DNA of 64,000 nt from a virus, in IMG/VR virus record IMGVR_UViG_3300017989_005036, positions 1 through 64,000 of that record. One strand, written 5' to 3'. Position 1 is the stretch's first letter. Every line of letters starts with the position of its first letter. The notes under the pieces are model-generated. The model worked only from the letters and a program-made list of their open reading frames with translations. It had not been told where the DNA came from and did no database searches. Shown here piece by piece: positions 24,500 through 35,457 of the stretch. A program made the translations under genes and the position numbers.

Positions 24500-26401
24500 T
24501 TACGCACTGGAATCGGAATCGGAATCCACATACACATAAAGATGCCCATGGTATTCATCCGCATTTTTGAAATAGACATTACCAAATTTTCTGACATTGT
24601 ATGTTCTGCCACACCAAGAAACTTTGTCCTCAATGCCAACAGCTTGCATTCTTCTTCTTTCAGAAGAAGGTACTTCTAAAACTTCTTCCCCTTTTTTACT
24701 TTTCTTTTTGTGTGCACTGGCAAATGCGAACACGCCTTGTTTTGCCATCAAATATCTTTGAATTGCGTGATATAACCCCGTGTGATGAGTAAAGTGTTTT
24801 GGTTCACGTCCAAGGATATCACGTCGAAAAACACAAACATTGTTTTCTTCAGGAAGGAATTTACTTTCAAATTCATGAACAAATTTAGACTTTTTAGCGT
24901 TATCGTGATTGTTCCATTCTTTGATAAACTTCATGTACTCATCAAAGACCACTTCCTCATCAGAGATCTTTGAAAGATCTTCATGACCATTGCAATGATC
25001 ACCATAAGGAAGATCAAAATAGGCCGCTTCATCTTCAGCTTCAATTTCACGATCAATTACATGTTTTTCTGGTGTTAATTTGTGACAAATCGGTTTACGG
25101 TTTTTGTCTTCTCCCAAATAACGACATTGATCATGACCACAGTTTATTTTGCAAACATGAACAACATGCATAGGAGTGTTGTCAACTTCAGCAACTGTCT
25201 CATTGGGCACATCAAAAGTTGAATTCGCCTTAATCAACCATTCGTTTTCTTTAAGGAAAGCCCAAATTTCCCTCAGAGGATTTTCATGTCCTCTAAGCAA
25301 ATCGATGTGGAATTTGAAATTTTGACTTGGAAGTTCAAGCTCTACTTTGGTCCCATCATTAATCGTTTTGAATGATCCCCATTTTTTGTCGTTACGTGTT
25401 ATCCATCCTTCGCCAAGAGTAGATGCTCCATCAAGATCATATGATTCCTTGAATCCTGAATAACCTACAGGAAGATCAATGTTGTTTAGGGAATTCGAAA
25501 CAAAACTACAAGCACCCGCTCTGGCTTTATCTAGGTCGTCATAAACCCTCAAAAGACCACTTCTTGTTACATTAGCAGCACGGTAACAAATAAGACGATA
25601 TGTGGTCCAATTTTTGGTAATTGAATCTTTGGCTGAATTTCTACCTTCAACAAATTCAACTTTGTGATCCACTTTGACAATTGCACCCCAACATTGACGA
25701 TTTTGAGAGCCCAGCTCCAAATAGCTTATCTCTGTTCTGTCGCCTGTTTTGTCAAAGAACACACGTGCATTGGGGATAGCGTTGGAGTGTTTAAACTCCA
25801 TGTCGAAATCATGTCTAAATTTTTCATTCTCTTCTTTTAGCTTATCTCTCTCCGCTGTTAGCGTTTCGATTTCTGAACACTGTTTTTCTTGTACTTTTTC
25901 GTTTAGAGACTTCAACCTCGATTCGAACGTATCTCTGTCCAAAAGAGCAGCATAAAGTTCTTGTTTGCGATGAGAAAGTTCTTCTTGAGTTTCTTTGAGA
26001 AGTTCTCTGAGTTGTTCTTTTTCAGCATCAGATAGCTCAATTCGCTTTGAAGATTCAACAAGATCATTTTTGAGCACGCTAATGGCGTGATTAGCTTCAT
26101 TTAATTGGCATTGAAGTACGCCATTGCTTTCTTTTGCAGTGTTGAATCTTCGCTCCAAGCGATGAAGTTTCATTTGAAGGCAACCTGCTCTTTCTTTGTC
26201 ATAAGCTCCTTCTGTTTTTTGATCTTCAAGGTTTTTCTGCAATCGGCGAAGTTTTGCCTGAAGATTGCTTACTCTTTCTTTTTCATAAGCTTCTTCTGTT
26301 TTTTGATCTTCAATGTTTTTCTTTCTGCGTAGGAAAACATTGTGCACTGAAACTGCAATGCTGCCGCCAAGGAAAACTGCAATTAAATTAATCCAATTCA
26401 T
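24500..26401 (-). CDS. membrane-anchored coiled-coil hypothetical protein
   Basis: N-terminal TM segment and a long coiled coil. Confidence 0.8.
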   Translation of the reverse strand: MNWINLIAVFLGGSIAVSVHNVFLRRKKNIEDQKTEEAYEKERVSNLQAKLRRLQKNLEDQKTEGAYDKERAGCLQMKLHRLERRFNTAKESNGVLQCQLNEANHAISVLKNDLVESSKRIELSDAEKEQLRELLKETQEELSHRKQELYAALLDRDTFESRLKSLNEKVQEKQCSEIETLTAERDKLKEENEKFRHDFDMEFKHSNAIPNARVFFDKTGDRTEISYLELGSQNRQCWGAIVKVDHKVEFVEGRNSAKDSITKNWTTYRLICYRAANVTRSGLLRVYDDLDKARAGACSFVSNSLNNIDLPVGYSGFKESYDLDGASTLGEGWITRNDKKWGSFKTINDGTKVELELPSQNFKFHIDLLRGHENPLREIWAFLKENEWLIKANSTFDVPNETVAEVDNTPMHVVHVCKINCGHDQCRYLGEDKNRKPICHKLTPEKHVIDREIEAEDEAAYFDLPYGDHCNGHEDLSKISDEEVVFDEYMKFIKEWNNHDNAKKSKFVHEFESKFLPEENNVCVFRRDILGREPKHFTHHTGLYHAIQRYLMAKQGVFAFASAHKKKSKKGEEVLEVPSSERRRMQAVGIEDKVSWCGRTYNVRKFGNVYFKNADEYHGHLYVYVDSDSDSSA

Positions 26402-26403
26402 GA

Positions 26404-26700
26404 TTACGCTTCCTGCGAATTGTAGTGAAAACGAAGATTTACAATATCTCCATTTTCATGAAGCCACAAAAGATAACGTCTGCACTTTTCTTCGTGGCTC
26501 AAATTGAAAAAAACGAAAGGAGTTCTGTTGAATTCCCGTTCAATTCCAGCAGTGATTTGAACTAGGAAATGGTCTTGGTTTGCCGAAAAGTAATATTCGT
26601 CCCTGTCGGGGTAAAGGTTGATAAACCATTCCATCAGGGCCATGTGTGCAGAATTTGTATTGCACTCGAAATTACTTTTCGTCGTGTAAGAAATCTTCAC
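26404..26700 (-). CDS. hypothetical protein
   Basis: ORF track. Confidence 0.6.
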   Translation of the reverse strand: MKISYTTKSNFECNTNSAHMALMEWFINLYPDRDEYYFSANQDHFLVQITAGIEREFNRTPFVFFNLSHEEKCRRYLLWLHENGDIVNLRFHYNSQEA

Positions 26701-26712
26701 AATAATCCTTCC

Positions 26713-27468
26713 TCATATGACGGTGACATGGTTGGGATGAACAGGCACCCCTCTCAACAATGTAAAATATTGAGTTTCTTGGTCTTTTTCGATCCAAAGA
26801 AGCTCAGTGTCTTCTTCCCCATCATCCTGCACGATGATGCGACTGAAGTCCCAATACATTGTATCACTGTGTGACAGCTCATCATCTTCAATGGTGCCAC
26901 TGCCATCGTCATCAAGAAGGCTGGTTACTCTGGCCTCATAAGGCTCAACAGCACCGTCAACACGCCAATATCGCCATGGCTCATCCATTTCATTATCATC
27001 GTCATCGTAATTGACCTTGAAGGTGACTTCACCTTCTTCGTCCCAATTGGGATCATTGCAACCATTGTTCATACAATAGGAATAAAACTCTTCATCCCAA
27101 ACAAATTCAGCATAAGCTTTAAGTAGCTGAAATTCATGACCCAATGGATTGTTTGAATCTTCATCGGGAGTCAGACGCATCCTGATGCGTCTTGGTTTAT
27201 CCCAATCTCTGGCATTTCCTTTGCAGCAATAATCAGTATGGTAAATGTCCCTACCACGTAATGTGGTTTTATAAACATGAATCCCTTCAATAACAAAATT
27301 GACACCTGCGTATTCTGGGATTGTAGAAAACTGTACTGTACAGCCGACTTTTGCTTCAAGCGGATTGTGATATTGAAGTTCAAGTGGCGTTAAATCTTTT
27401 TTGTTTTTACCAGTGAGTATTTCCCAGATGGTTCTTCCACGACCATCTGCTGATGGGTGTATATCCAT
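26713..27468 (-). CDS. YjfK/DUF2491-like protein (tentative)
   Basis: NPLEAKVG..; C-terminal LLRGVPVHPNHVTVI; resemblance judged by eye. Confidence 0.5.
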   Translation of the reverse strand: MDIHPSADGRGRTIWEILTGKNKKDLTPLELQYHNPLEAKVGCTVQFSTIPEYAGVNFVIEGIHVYKTTLRGRDIYHTDYCCKGNARDWDKPRRIRMRLTPDEDSNNPLGHEFQLLKAYAEFVWDEEFYSYCMNNGCNDPNWDEEGEVTFKVNYDDDDNEMDEPWRYWRVDGAVEPYEARVTSLLDDDGSGTIEDDELSHSDTMYWDFSRIIVQDDGEEDTELLWIEKDQETQYFTLLRGVPVHPNHVTVI

Positions 27469-27488
27469 TTTTACATTCCTTTATAGAC

Positions 27489-27522
27489 AAATAAAGCCGG
27501 GGGCGGATGGACCGCCCCCGGC
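27489..27522 (-). terminator. intrinsic terminator
   Basis: GCCGGGGGCGG/CCGCCCCCGGC followed by a T-rich run on the minus strand. Confidence 0.75.
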
Positions 27523-27548
27523 AGGTTCTTGTTGCCGAGGATCATTGC

Positions 27549-28199
27549 TTAAGCATGATCGTGCATAATCGGCTTATCAAACTTGTTGCCCTGAATTCGT
27601 CGGAAGAACGTGACCATGCTTGTCAAAACGATTCCAGTGCTGGCAAAGAGCAATCCGTATGTTGCCTGAATTGGCAACACTGGATTATCTTCTTTGATTT
27701 GAAGCGGTGTGATTCCTGTTGGCTCATAAGAAACCAGCTCAACATCGCTTTCGTAGAGTTCTGTCGGAGTAGGTGCAACGGAAGCAGTGGATTCTTCTCT
27801 GAGAAGACTCCAAACAAACTTTCGTTCTTCGTCCGACATGTTACTCCAAGATGAACGTTGTTCATCTGTATTCACGCTGATCGGGTAGATGACCTTTGAC
27901 TCTTTGTCGAGACGAGCGACAACACCATCAAATTTCACAAGTTCCCGATCCACATCAATGCCATTAGCATCGACTTCTCGGATGGTCTCGCCACGTGAAG
28001 CAAGATCACCAATTCCTGTTCCCACACCACCCAAACCGAGGATGGCCATGAGAGACGCTGCGATCATTCCGTAGCCGAACTTCTGTCCAGCTTTCATGCC
28101 GACTGAAGCGACATTTTTAAATGTCTTCCAGCCAACGACCAGTGCGGCACCTGCTGCGAGGTACATAATCGGAATCTCTGTGTTGAAGAGATTTTCCAT
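27549..28199 (-). CDS. membrane hypothetical protein
   Basis: three hydrophobic segments; AAGGAG RBS. Confidence 0.75.
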   Translation of the reverse strand: MENLFNTEIPIMYLAAGAALVVGWKTFKNVASVGMKAGQKFGYGMIAASLMAILGLGGVGTGIGDLASRGETIREVDANGIDVDRELVKFDGVVARLDKESKVIYPISVNTDEQRSSWSNMSDEERKFVWSLLREESTASVAPTPTELYESDVELVSYEPTGITPLQIKEDNPVLPIQATYGLLFASTGIVLTSMVTFFRRIQGNKFDKPIMHDHA

Positions 28200-28214
28200 G
28201 AAACAACTCCTTAA

Positions 28215-29321
28215 TTACTTTCCAAGACGAACACGTGTTAAGATAAGATATCCGCCGACCAAAATCAAGGTCAACAGAAAGACCCACATGAGAAACTTAC
28301 CAACCCCTGAGCCAGTTGAAGCGGGAGCAACCGTTGGGTTGTAAGCAGCTTCAATGTACTCTTGGCTGTACATATCACTTGGATTCTCTGCAAATTCCGG
28401 GTCTATGTAATCAGCGTTTCGTTGCAGATTCTGGGCTTCCATTTGTTTGATTTGGGCAGCCACCTGTGCATCTTGCAAACCACGCTGGTAAGCTGAAGAC
28501 TCAATATTGTGTTGATTGTGATAAAGCCAACGAGCACGTCTTTCTGCGCTCCACTCCATCATCATCCACCAAAAAGCCGAACTGTATCCACCGCCTACAT
28601 GGTAATATGGTTGACCATAGTAGTAACTGTAAGGATGGCTGTAGCCATGATTGTGAAAATGAACGTCCATACGGCTTTCTCTTGCCGCAGGAGTGTGATA
28701 ATCGGATGACTTTGAACGAATGGACTCAACAGTTTTTGAATCTTTACGGACATTAACTGTCTTACCATCTTTAGTTGTGTAAGAAGATTTTGGCGGTTTT
28801 GTTGCTTTTTGTTGAGCAACATATTTTTTCTGGCTTGCTTGCTGTCGATTTAAACGTGCCTTATCCGAACTGCTTGACGATGGCTTCTTGCTGGTACTTG
28901 GCTTCCGACTCGTTGGTGGCGGTTGAGTTGTTTGGTTCCCTGTGCCGAATTTAGGCTTTTGTCCGTTTCCACTTCCAAAACGTGGCTTTGGAGTATTGTT
29001 AGAATTTGGAGCAGTTGATTTTGGCTTTGATGGAGAACTGGAACCAAAACGTGGTTTTGAACCAGTGGTTGGACCTTTAGGTTTTGTTTTGTTGCTGGAA
29101 CCAAATCTTGGCTTTGAACCCGAAGATGGCTTAGACGGAGTACGAGCTTTTGGCTTGCTGTACGAAGGTTTGCGAGAAGTAGAGGGACGGCTGCTTCGTG
29201 AAGCACTGCTGCGACTGCTACTACTTCTTGATTTGCTTTTTGCTTCTACGGCTGTTTCACCAATTGTGGTGAGCACAAAACCCAAGCAAACAAGAATGAT
29301 AAATCTACGGCCAAATTTCAT
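28215..29321 (-). CDS. exported Ser/Lys/Pro-rich low-complexity protein with a C-terminal TM anchor
   Basis: signal peptide; KPRFGS repeats; C-terminal TM segment. Confidence 0.8.
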   Translation of the reverse strand: MKFGRRFIILVCLGFVLTTIGETAVEAKSKSRSSSSRSSASRSSRPSTSRKPSYSKPKARTPSKPSSGSKPRFGSSNKTKPKGPTTGSKPRFGSSSPSKPKSTAPNSNNTPKPRFGSGNGQKPKFGTGNQTTQPPPTSRKPSTSKKPSSSSSDKARLNRQQASQKKYVAQQKATKPPKSSYTTKDGKTVNVRKDSKTVESIRSKSSDYHTPAARESRMDVHFHNHGYSHPYSYYYGQPYYHVGGGYSSAFWWMMMEWSAERRARWLYHNQHNIESSAYQRGLQDAQVAAQIKQMEAQNLQRNADYIDPEFAENPSDMYSQEYIEAAYNPTVAPASTGSGVGKFLMWVFLLTLILVGGYLILTRVRLGK

Positions 29322-29467
29322 TTACATAACTCCATCAAAAACCAGCAATCCATTCCAAGGAAATTATCAAAGGGACAAAGTGAATGCAACCCCTTTTTGT
29401 AGAAAAACTCATGTTTTTAGTTTCATGAGTTTTCGCTAGAATACTCCGTTATTCCAAGGAAGGATAA

Positions 29468-30895
29468 ATGGCAAACGTAATACGAGTACAAAATGTTTAC
29501 AGTTGGCTTCTCTCTACAGATCGTGATCTGAAATCGAAGCTACACAAGTCTCTGAGGTTTAGGGACAAAAACTACTACCACAACGCTGCCTACAAAAAAG
29601 GCAAGTGGGATGGGTTCACAGAGTTTTTCACTGAAAACAACGGGAAGTTTCTCACTGGTCTTCTTCCAGAAGTGGAAGCTGCCCTTAAAAAACAACACAA
29701 GCAATATCAAATTGTCGATGAACGCAATAACAACATACAGTGGGAACACTCATCAATAAATGAACATTTCTTGGACCCATGGATTCCAGATGGGCATCCA
29801 GCCATCACGCTTCATGATTACCAGCCGGATTTGGTAAATCGAGCTATTGCAAACAACCGAGGACTTGTTCAGGCTCCTACGGCTGCTGGCAAAACATTCA
29901 TTATGATCTCACTTTTGAAGTGTCTTCCACCAAAGACTCCTGTTTTGTTTTTGACCAAAAACAAAGCATTGGTCCATCAGAACTACGAAGACATGATTGC
30001 TTGGGGAGTTCCAAATATTGGGCGATGGTACGGCAACTACAAATCACCCAATTTCATCACTTGTGCAAATTCAAACGTTCACACATTGAAAGGTCTCGAT
30101 AATTTACTGCCGAAAATCAAAGTCTTAATTGTCGATGAAATTCATGAATGCATGTCCAAAGTTCCAATTGGAGCATACAAAAAAATGAAAAAAGCGTGCA
30201 TTCGATTTGGAATTTCCGCTACTCCATTCAAAGACAAACGTGTTCATAAATTCACAGTCAAAGGACACTTTGGCCCTGTCTTCAAAACATCAACGACCAA
30301 AAGTGGATTTTTGACCACTAAAGAACTGCAAAAAAGAGGAATTCTTTCTGCCAGCAACTGTACGTTTTACAGAATCGAAGAGCCATCGATCCCTTACGAG
30401 CCATACATCGATGCTGTCACTTTGGGGATCGCCGAAAACTACTCCTTTCACAACATTGTTCGAAGATTAGCCCGTTCGCTAAAAGGTCGATCATTGATAC
30501 TGGTGGAAAGAAGAGATCAGGGTGAATACCTCAAACAACTCATGCCTGAAGCTCATTGGGTAAATGGTGACGACAGTCTTGATGTTCGCAAACCTGTCAT
30601 TGAAGCTTTGAAAAGCGACGAAAATGTAACAGCAATTGTTATGCGTCAAATCATCACAGCGGGCATCAATGTAAAAGTCCACAACCTAATTAACGCTGCT
30701 GGTGGTGACGCCAGTTACAACGTCATACAACAAATAGGTCGTGGACTCAGGTGTGCTGAAGATAAAGACATCTTGCAGTACTATGATTTCATTTTTGAAA
30801 TCAATGAGTATCTTTACAAACACTCGAAGAATCGAATGAAAACATTAGAAGAAGAAGGTCACACAGTAAAGGTTAAACCTGAACTGGACTTTTGA
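29468..30895 (+). CDS. uvsW: UvsW-like SF2 DNA helicase
   Basis: APTAAGKT, DEIH, SATP, QQIGRGLR. Confidence 0.88.
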   Translation: MANVIRVQNVYSWLLSTDRDLKSKLHKSLRFRDKNYYHNAAYKKGKWDGFTEFFTENNGKFLTGLLPEVEAALKKQHKQYQIVDERNNNIQWEHSSINEHFLDPWIPDGHPAITLHDYQPDLVNRAIANNRGLVQAPTAAGKTFIMISLLKCLPPKTPVLFLTKNKALVHQNYEDMIAWGVPNIGRWYGNYKSPNFITCANSNVHTLKGLDNLLPKIKVLIVDEIHECMSKVPIGAYKKMKKACIRFGISATPFKDKRVHKFTVKGHFGPVFKTSTTKSGFLTTKELQKRGILSASNCTFYRIEEPSIPYEPYIDAVTLGIAENYSFHNIVRRLARSLKGRSLILVERRDQGEYLKQLMPEAHWVNGDDSLDVRKPVIEALKSDENVTAIVMRQIITAGINVKVHNLINAAGGDASYNVIQQIGRGLRCAEDKDILQYYDFIFEINEYLYKHSKNRMKTLEEEGHTVKVKPELDF

Positions 30896-31205
30896 GCATT
30901 TCTTCAATGGGTGTGGCTTTTGGTTTTGGAAGTTCGCCAAAATCATCATCGAAAATGTCATTGTCCAAAATTGGCTTGGGAGTGTCTTTGGTCACACCAC
31001 AATCACAGTCAATTTCGCCACATTCAAAACATGTGCCCGAGAAAATATCTTTCCCGGTTTCATATCTCCATGTGTACAAAATGACTCTTTGCTCACTGAT
31101 TCTTTCCGATAGCTTAACCAACGTTCTTCCTTTCCAACTCAGCAATTCTTCTTCTCCATTCAGATCGGAGTCGAAAAATATCATCTCTGCTTTTTGGTTC
31201 ATCAA
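30873..31205 (-). CDS. hypothetical protein
   Basis: ORF track; CxxC. Confidence 0.5.
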   Translation of the reverse strand: MMNQKAEMIFFDSDLNGEEELLSWKGRTLVKLSERISEQRVILYTWRYETGKDIFSGTCFECGEIDCDCGVTKDTPKPILDNDIFDDDFGELPKPKATPIEEMLKSPVQV

Positions 31206-32826
31206 AAAGTAAAGATTGCCGAGTGCAGTTAATCTTTGCCTGAAGTGTTTGATACTCCCTAGTTTCTCCTATGTCAGGGGGTATCAGGTCATTCACTACT
31301 TCCATGACTTCATCTATCGTTGTGCAATTTGCAGATTTAATTTGACTTCTAAGAGAAGCAAATGCTGCTGCTGAATAACCTTCTGTTATCTCAATCAGCA
31401 TTTCGAAAACCTGATTGTCAATGTCATCTCTGTTTTCATCAAGAGGAGCATCAATGTTGTTTAGCATGTCTCCAAAAACCCATGTGATGAATTCATGAAC
31501 ATCATCACCTTCTGGGTCAAGCACAGGGATAATCAAATCCCCAACTCTGCCCGGACGACGAATGTCTGGAGACAAATTGTTGATTCGTGCTGTCATTAAA
31601 AGCCAAACAACTCGACCTCTCAATTGAGGATCGCTCATCATGGCTTGAATTTTTCCAGTTAAACGACGTTCTGTATCATGGGTTCCTTCTGAAACGCCTC
31701 CAAATTGAGTGTCTGCCTCATCAACAAATATGACCACTTTGTCGAGCGCAGAAATTGCTCTTTGCAATCGTTCTAAAATAACATCTGTTTGTCCAAACCA
31801 CATAGATCGCAGGTTTTTGAGAACTAAAACTGGAACTCCCAATTCAGATGCTACTGCTTCGAAAATAAATGTTTTCCCGCCGCCAATTGGACCGCCAATT
31901 GCGGCTCCCGGTAAAGAACCATCATCATCACGTGTGATGCGTGGCATCATTTCTTTTCTGAGGAAGCTCTTTAATCGCCTAAACCCCACAACGTCATCAA
32001 GATTGTGTGTAGGCTTTTTGAATTCTACAGCATCGCCTAACTGAGATGTGATGTATTCTTCAACTTTACTGATCACATCTGATTGCGTTATTTCTCCACG
32101 ACATAAAAGCTGCCTCAAAGCATGAATGGACAAACTGGCTGTATTTTTAATGAAGTCCGGTGGCAGTTTGGCTTCTGGACCCCAATTTACAAAGTGTTTT
32201 CTTTGTTCAAAGTTCGGAGAAGGAACATCTACAGCAAGAACCTGTGGCAATCTGGAAACATGAGAATGAATCGCACTTTGCGATTCTGAAATCAGAATGA
32301 CCGAATCTCCTCCATGAATAAAATCTGGTTCTGAAAACCAGTCATGGATGATTCCTACACGTCTTCTATCTGCAAGAGACATTCTGGAAAATTGATCTTC
32401 TGGAAGAAGCATGTCTGCTGCTTCGACAATCACCAATAGATCGTTTGTGCTTTCTCCTTTCTTAAATGCTTGTCGAGAACAGTAGGTTAATTGACGCAAA
32501 AACTCCAAAGCCCCCGTTGGGTTACCAACGGCATTCATGCAAATCTCTTCAAACTTCTTCTCTGTTCTTGGTCCATATTTCTTCCAAGCAGCTTCAAGTT
32601 CTGTTCTGTCTCCTATTGTTTTGACAGGATTGTTAACTTCGTAAATAATCTGAGTGATTCCATTACGCTTATCGTTTGGCTCCACTTTGTACGAAGAAGA
32701 CAAAAAGTCAATCAGAGGAACATAACCGCTTCCATCAAAGAAAAGATCATACACATTACCCGTCAATATCACGGATCGTGCCTGATTTGTATTGATGATT
32801 CTTGAAAGTTTGGGAATAAAAGTCAT
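31114..32826 (-). CDS. AAA+ ATPase
   Basis: Walker A GPIGGGKT, Walker B VIFVDEAD, SRH RRPGR. Confidence 0.88.
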   Translation of the reverse strand: MTFIPKLSRIINTNQARSVILTGNVYDLFFDGSGYVPLIDFLSSSYKVEPNDKRNGITQIIYEVNNPVKTIGDRTELEAAWKKYGPRTEKKFEEICMNAVGNPTGALEFLRQLTYCSRQAFKKGESTNDLLVIVEAADMLLPEDQFSRMSLADRRRVGIIHDWFSEPDFIHGGDSVILISESQSAIHSHVSRLPQVLAVDVPSPNFEQRKHFVNWGPEAKLPPDFIKNTASLSIHALRQLLCRGEITQSDVISKVEEYITSQLGDAVEFKKPTHNLDDVVGFRRLKSFLRKEMMPRITRDDDGSLPGAAIGGPIGGGKTFIFEAVASELGVPVLVLKNLRSMWFGQTDVILERLQRAISALDKVVIFVDEADTQFGGVSEGTHDTERRLTGKIQAMMSDPQLRGRVVWLLMTARINNLSPDIRRPGRVGDLIIPVLDPEGDDVHEFITWVFGDMLNNIDAPLDENRDDIDNQVFEMLIEITEGYSAAAFASLRSQIKSANCTTIDEVMEVVNDLIPPDIGETREYQTLQAKINCTRQSLLFDEPKSRDDIFRLRSEWRRRIAELERKNVG

Positions 32827-32984
32827 CGTTTTAACCATTCCACAGGCACAGATGTGCAACTCTTAAAGTTGCGTTTTTGACAAATGCAACATTCTAAGGC
32901 ATTCGGCCAATAATTGATGTCCCTTGGAGTAATAGCAAGAACCGATTTACATTTTTCACAAGTCAGAGTTGTTTTCGAGCACTC

Positions 32985-33920
32985 TCATGAGAAGAAATCC
33001 TTTTGGTCTGCGTATTGAAACCCACAACGTCCAGCAAATGTTTTATCTGAAGTCTGATCGCCTACCATAATACACTGGCTTGGATCAAGGTGGTACTTCC
33101 ATATAAAATATGCACCGCTGCCGGGATGTGGTTTGCGGCAATAACATTTCACTGGCGGAACGGAATGGGGACAATACTTATACTCAATATCAAAACCCAA
33201 CAGTTCATTGGTCTTTTCAAAGCAATCAATAGCTACATCTTCATCAAGACCCTTAGAAATTGCTGACTGATTACTGACCCCCAATAGGAGGTAGCCATCA
33301 TCTTCATACTTGGCCAACACTTTTTTTCGGTTAGGTAAGATTTCGACATGAGAAGGATCTTCTGGCCATTTTTTAGGACCAGTGGATCGACGCAGAGTGT
33401 CGTCATAATCCAACAGCAAAGCTTTGTTGGTCCAATGAGATGGATTCTTTCGCACAAATTTAACCACTTCGATTTCAGAAAAACCTTCTGTTTTTGCAGG
33501 TTTCTCAAACCGATTCTTGTAAGCAAAGATCACAGCAGGTGGAAATAAATTAGGGTCATTGATTTTTGATAACTCTGCTGCGTCTGCGATGCGACCAATA
33601 CGATCCATCATTCGAAGACACGCATTCATTTGAGAATCTGCAAGAGATGTATTTAAATAAACACAACGGACAGGAATACTAAGTCGTTTTCCAACAGCAA
33701 TGACTTCGGCACGTTGTTCGACAGTGCCATAAGTGTTGTCGAGTACAACTTTGTTTTCGCCATTCTTGAGAGCAATTTCAGCTTGTTTAACTACTCCTGA
33801 TAGGTTGCCACCAATTTTATCACGATTGAATCTTATGTAGCCCTCATTAACGAATCCTTCTGTAATGGTGGTTTTGCCCGCTGCCGGGTACCCCATGACA
33901 ATGACGATTTCCTTTGTCAT
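32985..33920 (-). CDS. polynucleotide kinase fused to a HAD-IIIA phosphatase (PNKP-like)
   Basis: GYPAAGKT, LDNT; LDYDDT, SNQS, CYCRKP, VGDQTSD. Confidence 0.85.
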   Translation of the reverse strand: MTKEIVIVMGYPAAGKTTITEGFVNEGYIRFNRDKIGGNLSGVVKQAEIALKNGENKVVLDNTYGTVEQRAEVIAVGKRLSIPVRCVYLNTSLADSQMNACLRMMDRIGRIADAAELSKINDPNLFPPAVIFAYKNRFEKPAKTEGFSEIEVVKFVRKNPSHWTNKALLLDYDDTLRRSTGPKKWPEDPSHVEILPNRKKVLAKYEDDGYLLLGVSNQSAISKGLDEDVAIDCFEKTNELLGFDIEYKYCPHSVPPVKCYCRKPHPGSGAYFIWKYHLDPSQCIMVGDQTSDKTFAGRCGFQYADQKDFFS

Positions 33921-33923
33921 ATT

Positions 33924-34418
33924 TCAATCCAATATGTTGATTGTGAAAAGAATAACCTTCCATACGGCTTCTTCCATACGGCTTTTACGACCTTCTGTGT
34001 TCAGTTGTATTTTTCTTGTATCAATTTTGTCTCCTGATCGAACTGAACACCAGATCACACCATCTTTGTCTTCAGGTGCATTTGGCCCAAGATGCCCAAC
34101 TACAGAAACATAGACATCAGCTTCTGGAGAAAGTTCGGAGATGCTGCCAGAAACCATTGCCTCTGCCATCTCTGGACTTTCTGTTGTGTATTTGTCAATT
34201 GTTTCCTGTTTGACGTTAAGCACCGACTTCTTTTGGCTGGCACGATAAACAACAAAAGACCCACATAAATTTGACGATATGCCCGGAATTTTGCCCATCG
34301 TTGCAGCTACAAGGCCCGCCGTGCAGCTTTCGGCGAAAACAATTTTCTTGTCTAATTCAACAAGAAGTGCAGCAAGAGTTCCTGAATCATATTCTAACTG
34401 CATTTTTTTCACCTTCAT
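33924..34418 (-). CDS. CinA C-terminal / NMN deamidase (PncC) family protein
   Basis: FAESCTAGL, PGISS, GHLGP. Confidence 0.88.
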   Translation of the reverse strand: MKVKKMQLEYDSGTLAALLVELDKKIVFAESCTAGLVAATMGKIPGISSNLCGSFVVYRASQKKSVLNVKQETIDKYTTESPEMAEAMVSGSISELSPEADVYVSVVGHLGPNAPEDKDGVIWCSVRSGDKIDTRKIQLNTEGRKSRMEEAVWKVILFTINILD

Positions 34419-34462
34419 TAAAAACGCCCCGTTTGGAAAACCTTAGCTTTCCAAACGGGGCG
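34419..34462 (-). terminator. intrinsic terminator
   Basis: CGCCCCGTTTGGAAA/TTTCCAAACGGGGCG with a T run on the minus strand. Confidence 0.75.
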
Positions 34463-34488
34463 AATCCATTCATCCCCGAACACAGTCT

Positions 34489-35451
34489 TTATTCTTCAAC
34501 TTCACCTGTGTCAAACACTTGGTATTCTGTTGAAAAGTTTAGACTTTTTGTTGAATCGTTGTAACCAACATCAATTGGTTTTTTGATGATTCCAACTTTA
34601 ACTGCTGTATCAACAACAGTAGTTGACATCAATTTTTGCCAGTCTGAATCATCAAATAGAGCGTGTATTTGGGATGTTTTACTCAACCTGTCAAACAAGC
34701 AATTGATACACAAAGCAGCTTGTTTTCCACCCTCTTTCTCAAGAGAGTCATTGCTCCAAACAATGCAATCAACAATTTCATTTGGAACAATCGTGTTGTC
34801 AAATTTCAAGTCTGCTTTTGTTTGTGACAAAAATGGTTGTCGTAAACTTGTTGATTGGACCTTAGATGTTTTATTGCTTGACTGAATAGCCATTGAAGCG
34901 GCATCAGCCTCCATGTGAACAAAATCAACATCAGATTCCAATTTACCTAAATCACAAGCACGTTGAACAAGATATTCTGAAACGCAATTTTCTGGACCAT
35001 AAATCACATTACTCTCAAAATCATCAATCGAGGCAATGCCATCAATACATGCTTCATTTGAGGCACGTATGACCGTGCACGGTCTGTTGTTGGCAAGGTT
35101 CAAAGCATCAACATTTGTGTAGCACACTGCATCACAAGTATTGCCGGAGAAATCAACTCCGCTTTGAATGTAATCCCTTCGCCTTAAAACAATATCCACA
35201 CCATGTTCAATTTCAAGCGAACCATGTTCTCCACCTGATTTTGGATTTATGAGACCTTCAAGATTGTCAGCATTAAGAGCTGGCCAACTTGTTGACTCAG
35301 ACCAAACCAAAATAAAGGAAGGAAAAGATTTACTTGATGATTCAACTTGGTCTGGTTGTTTAGTTTCAACAGACTTAGCTGATTCCTTATCTCCACCGCA
35401 ACCAACGGCTAAGGAGATTAAGATCAATCCAAAAATTGCATTTTTCATCAA
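34489..35451 (-). CDS. lipoprotein resembling an ABC substrate-binding protein
   Basis: lipobox AVGC; WSE..SW, DYI.S, TNVDAL, EIVD. Confidence 0.65.
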   Translation of the reverse strand: MMKNAIFGLILISLAVGCGGDKESAKSVETKQPDQVESSSKSFPSFILVWSESTSWPALNADNLEGLINPKSGGEHGSLEIEHGVDIVLRRRDYIQSGVDFSGNTCDAVCYTNVDALNLANNRPCTVIRASNEACIDGIASIDDFESNVIYGPENCVSEYLVQRACDLGKLESDVDFVHMEADAASMAIQSSNKTSKVQSTSLRQPFLSQTKADLKFDNTIVPNEIVDCIVWSNDSLEKEGGKQAALCINCLFDRLSKTSQIHALFDDSDWQKLMSTTVVDTAVKVGIIKKPIDVGYNDSTKSLNFSTEYQVFDTGEVEE

Positions 35452-35457
35452 AAACCT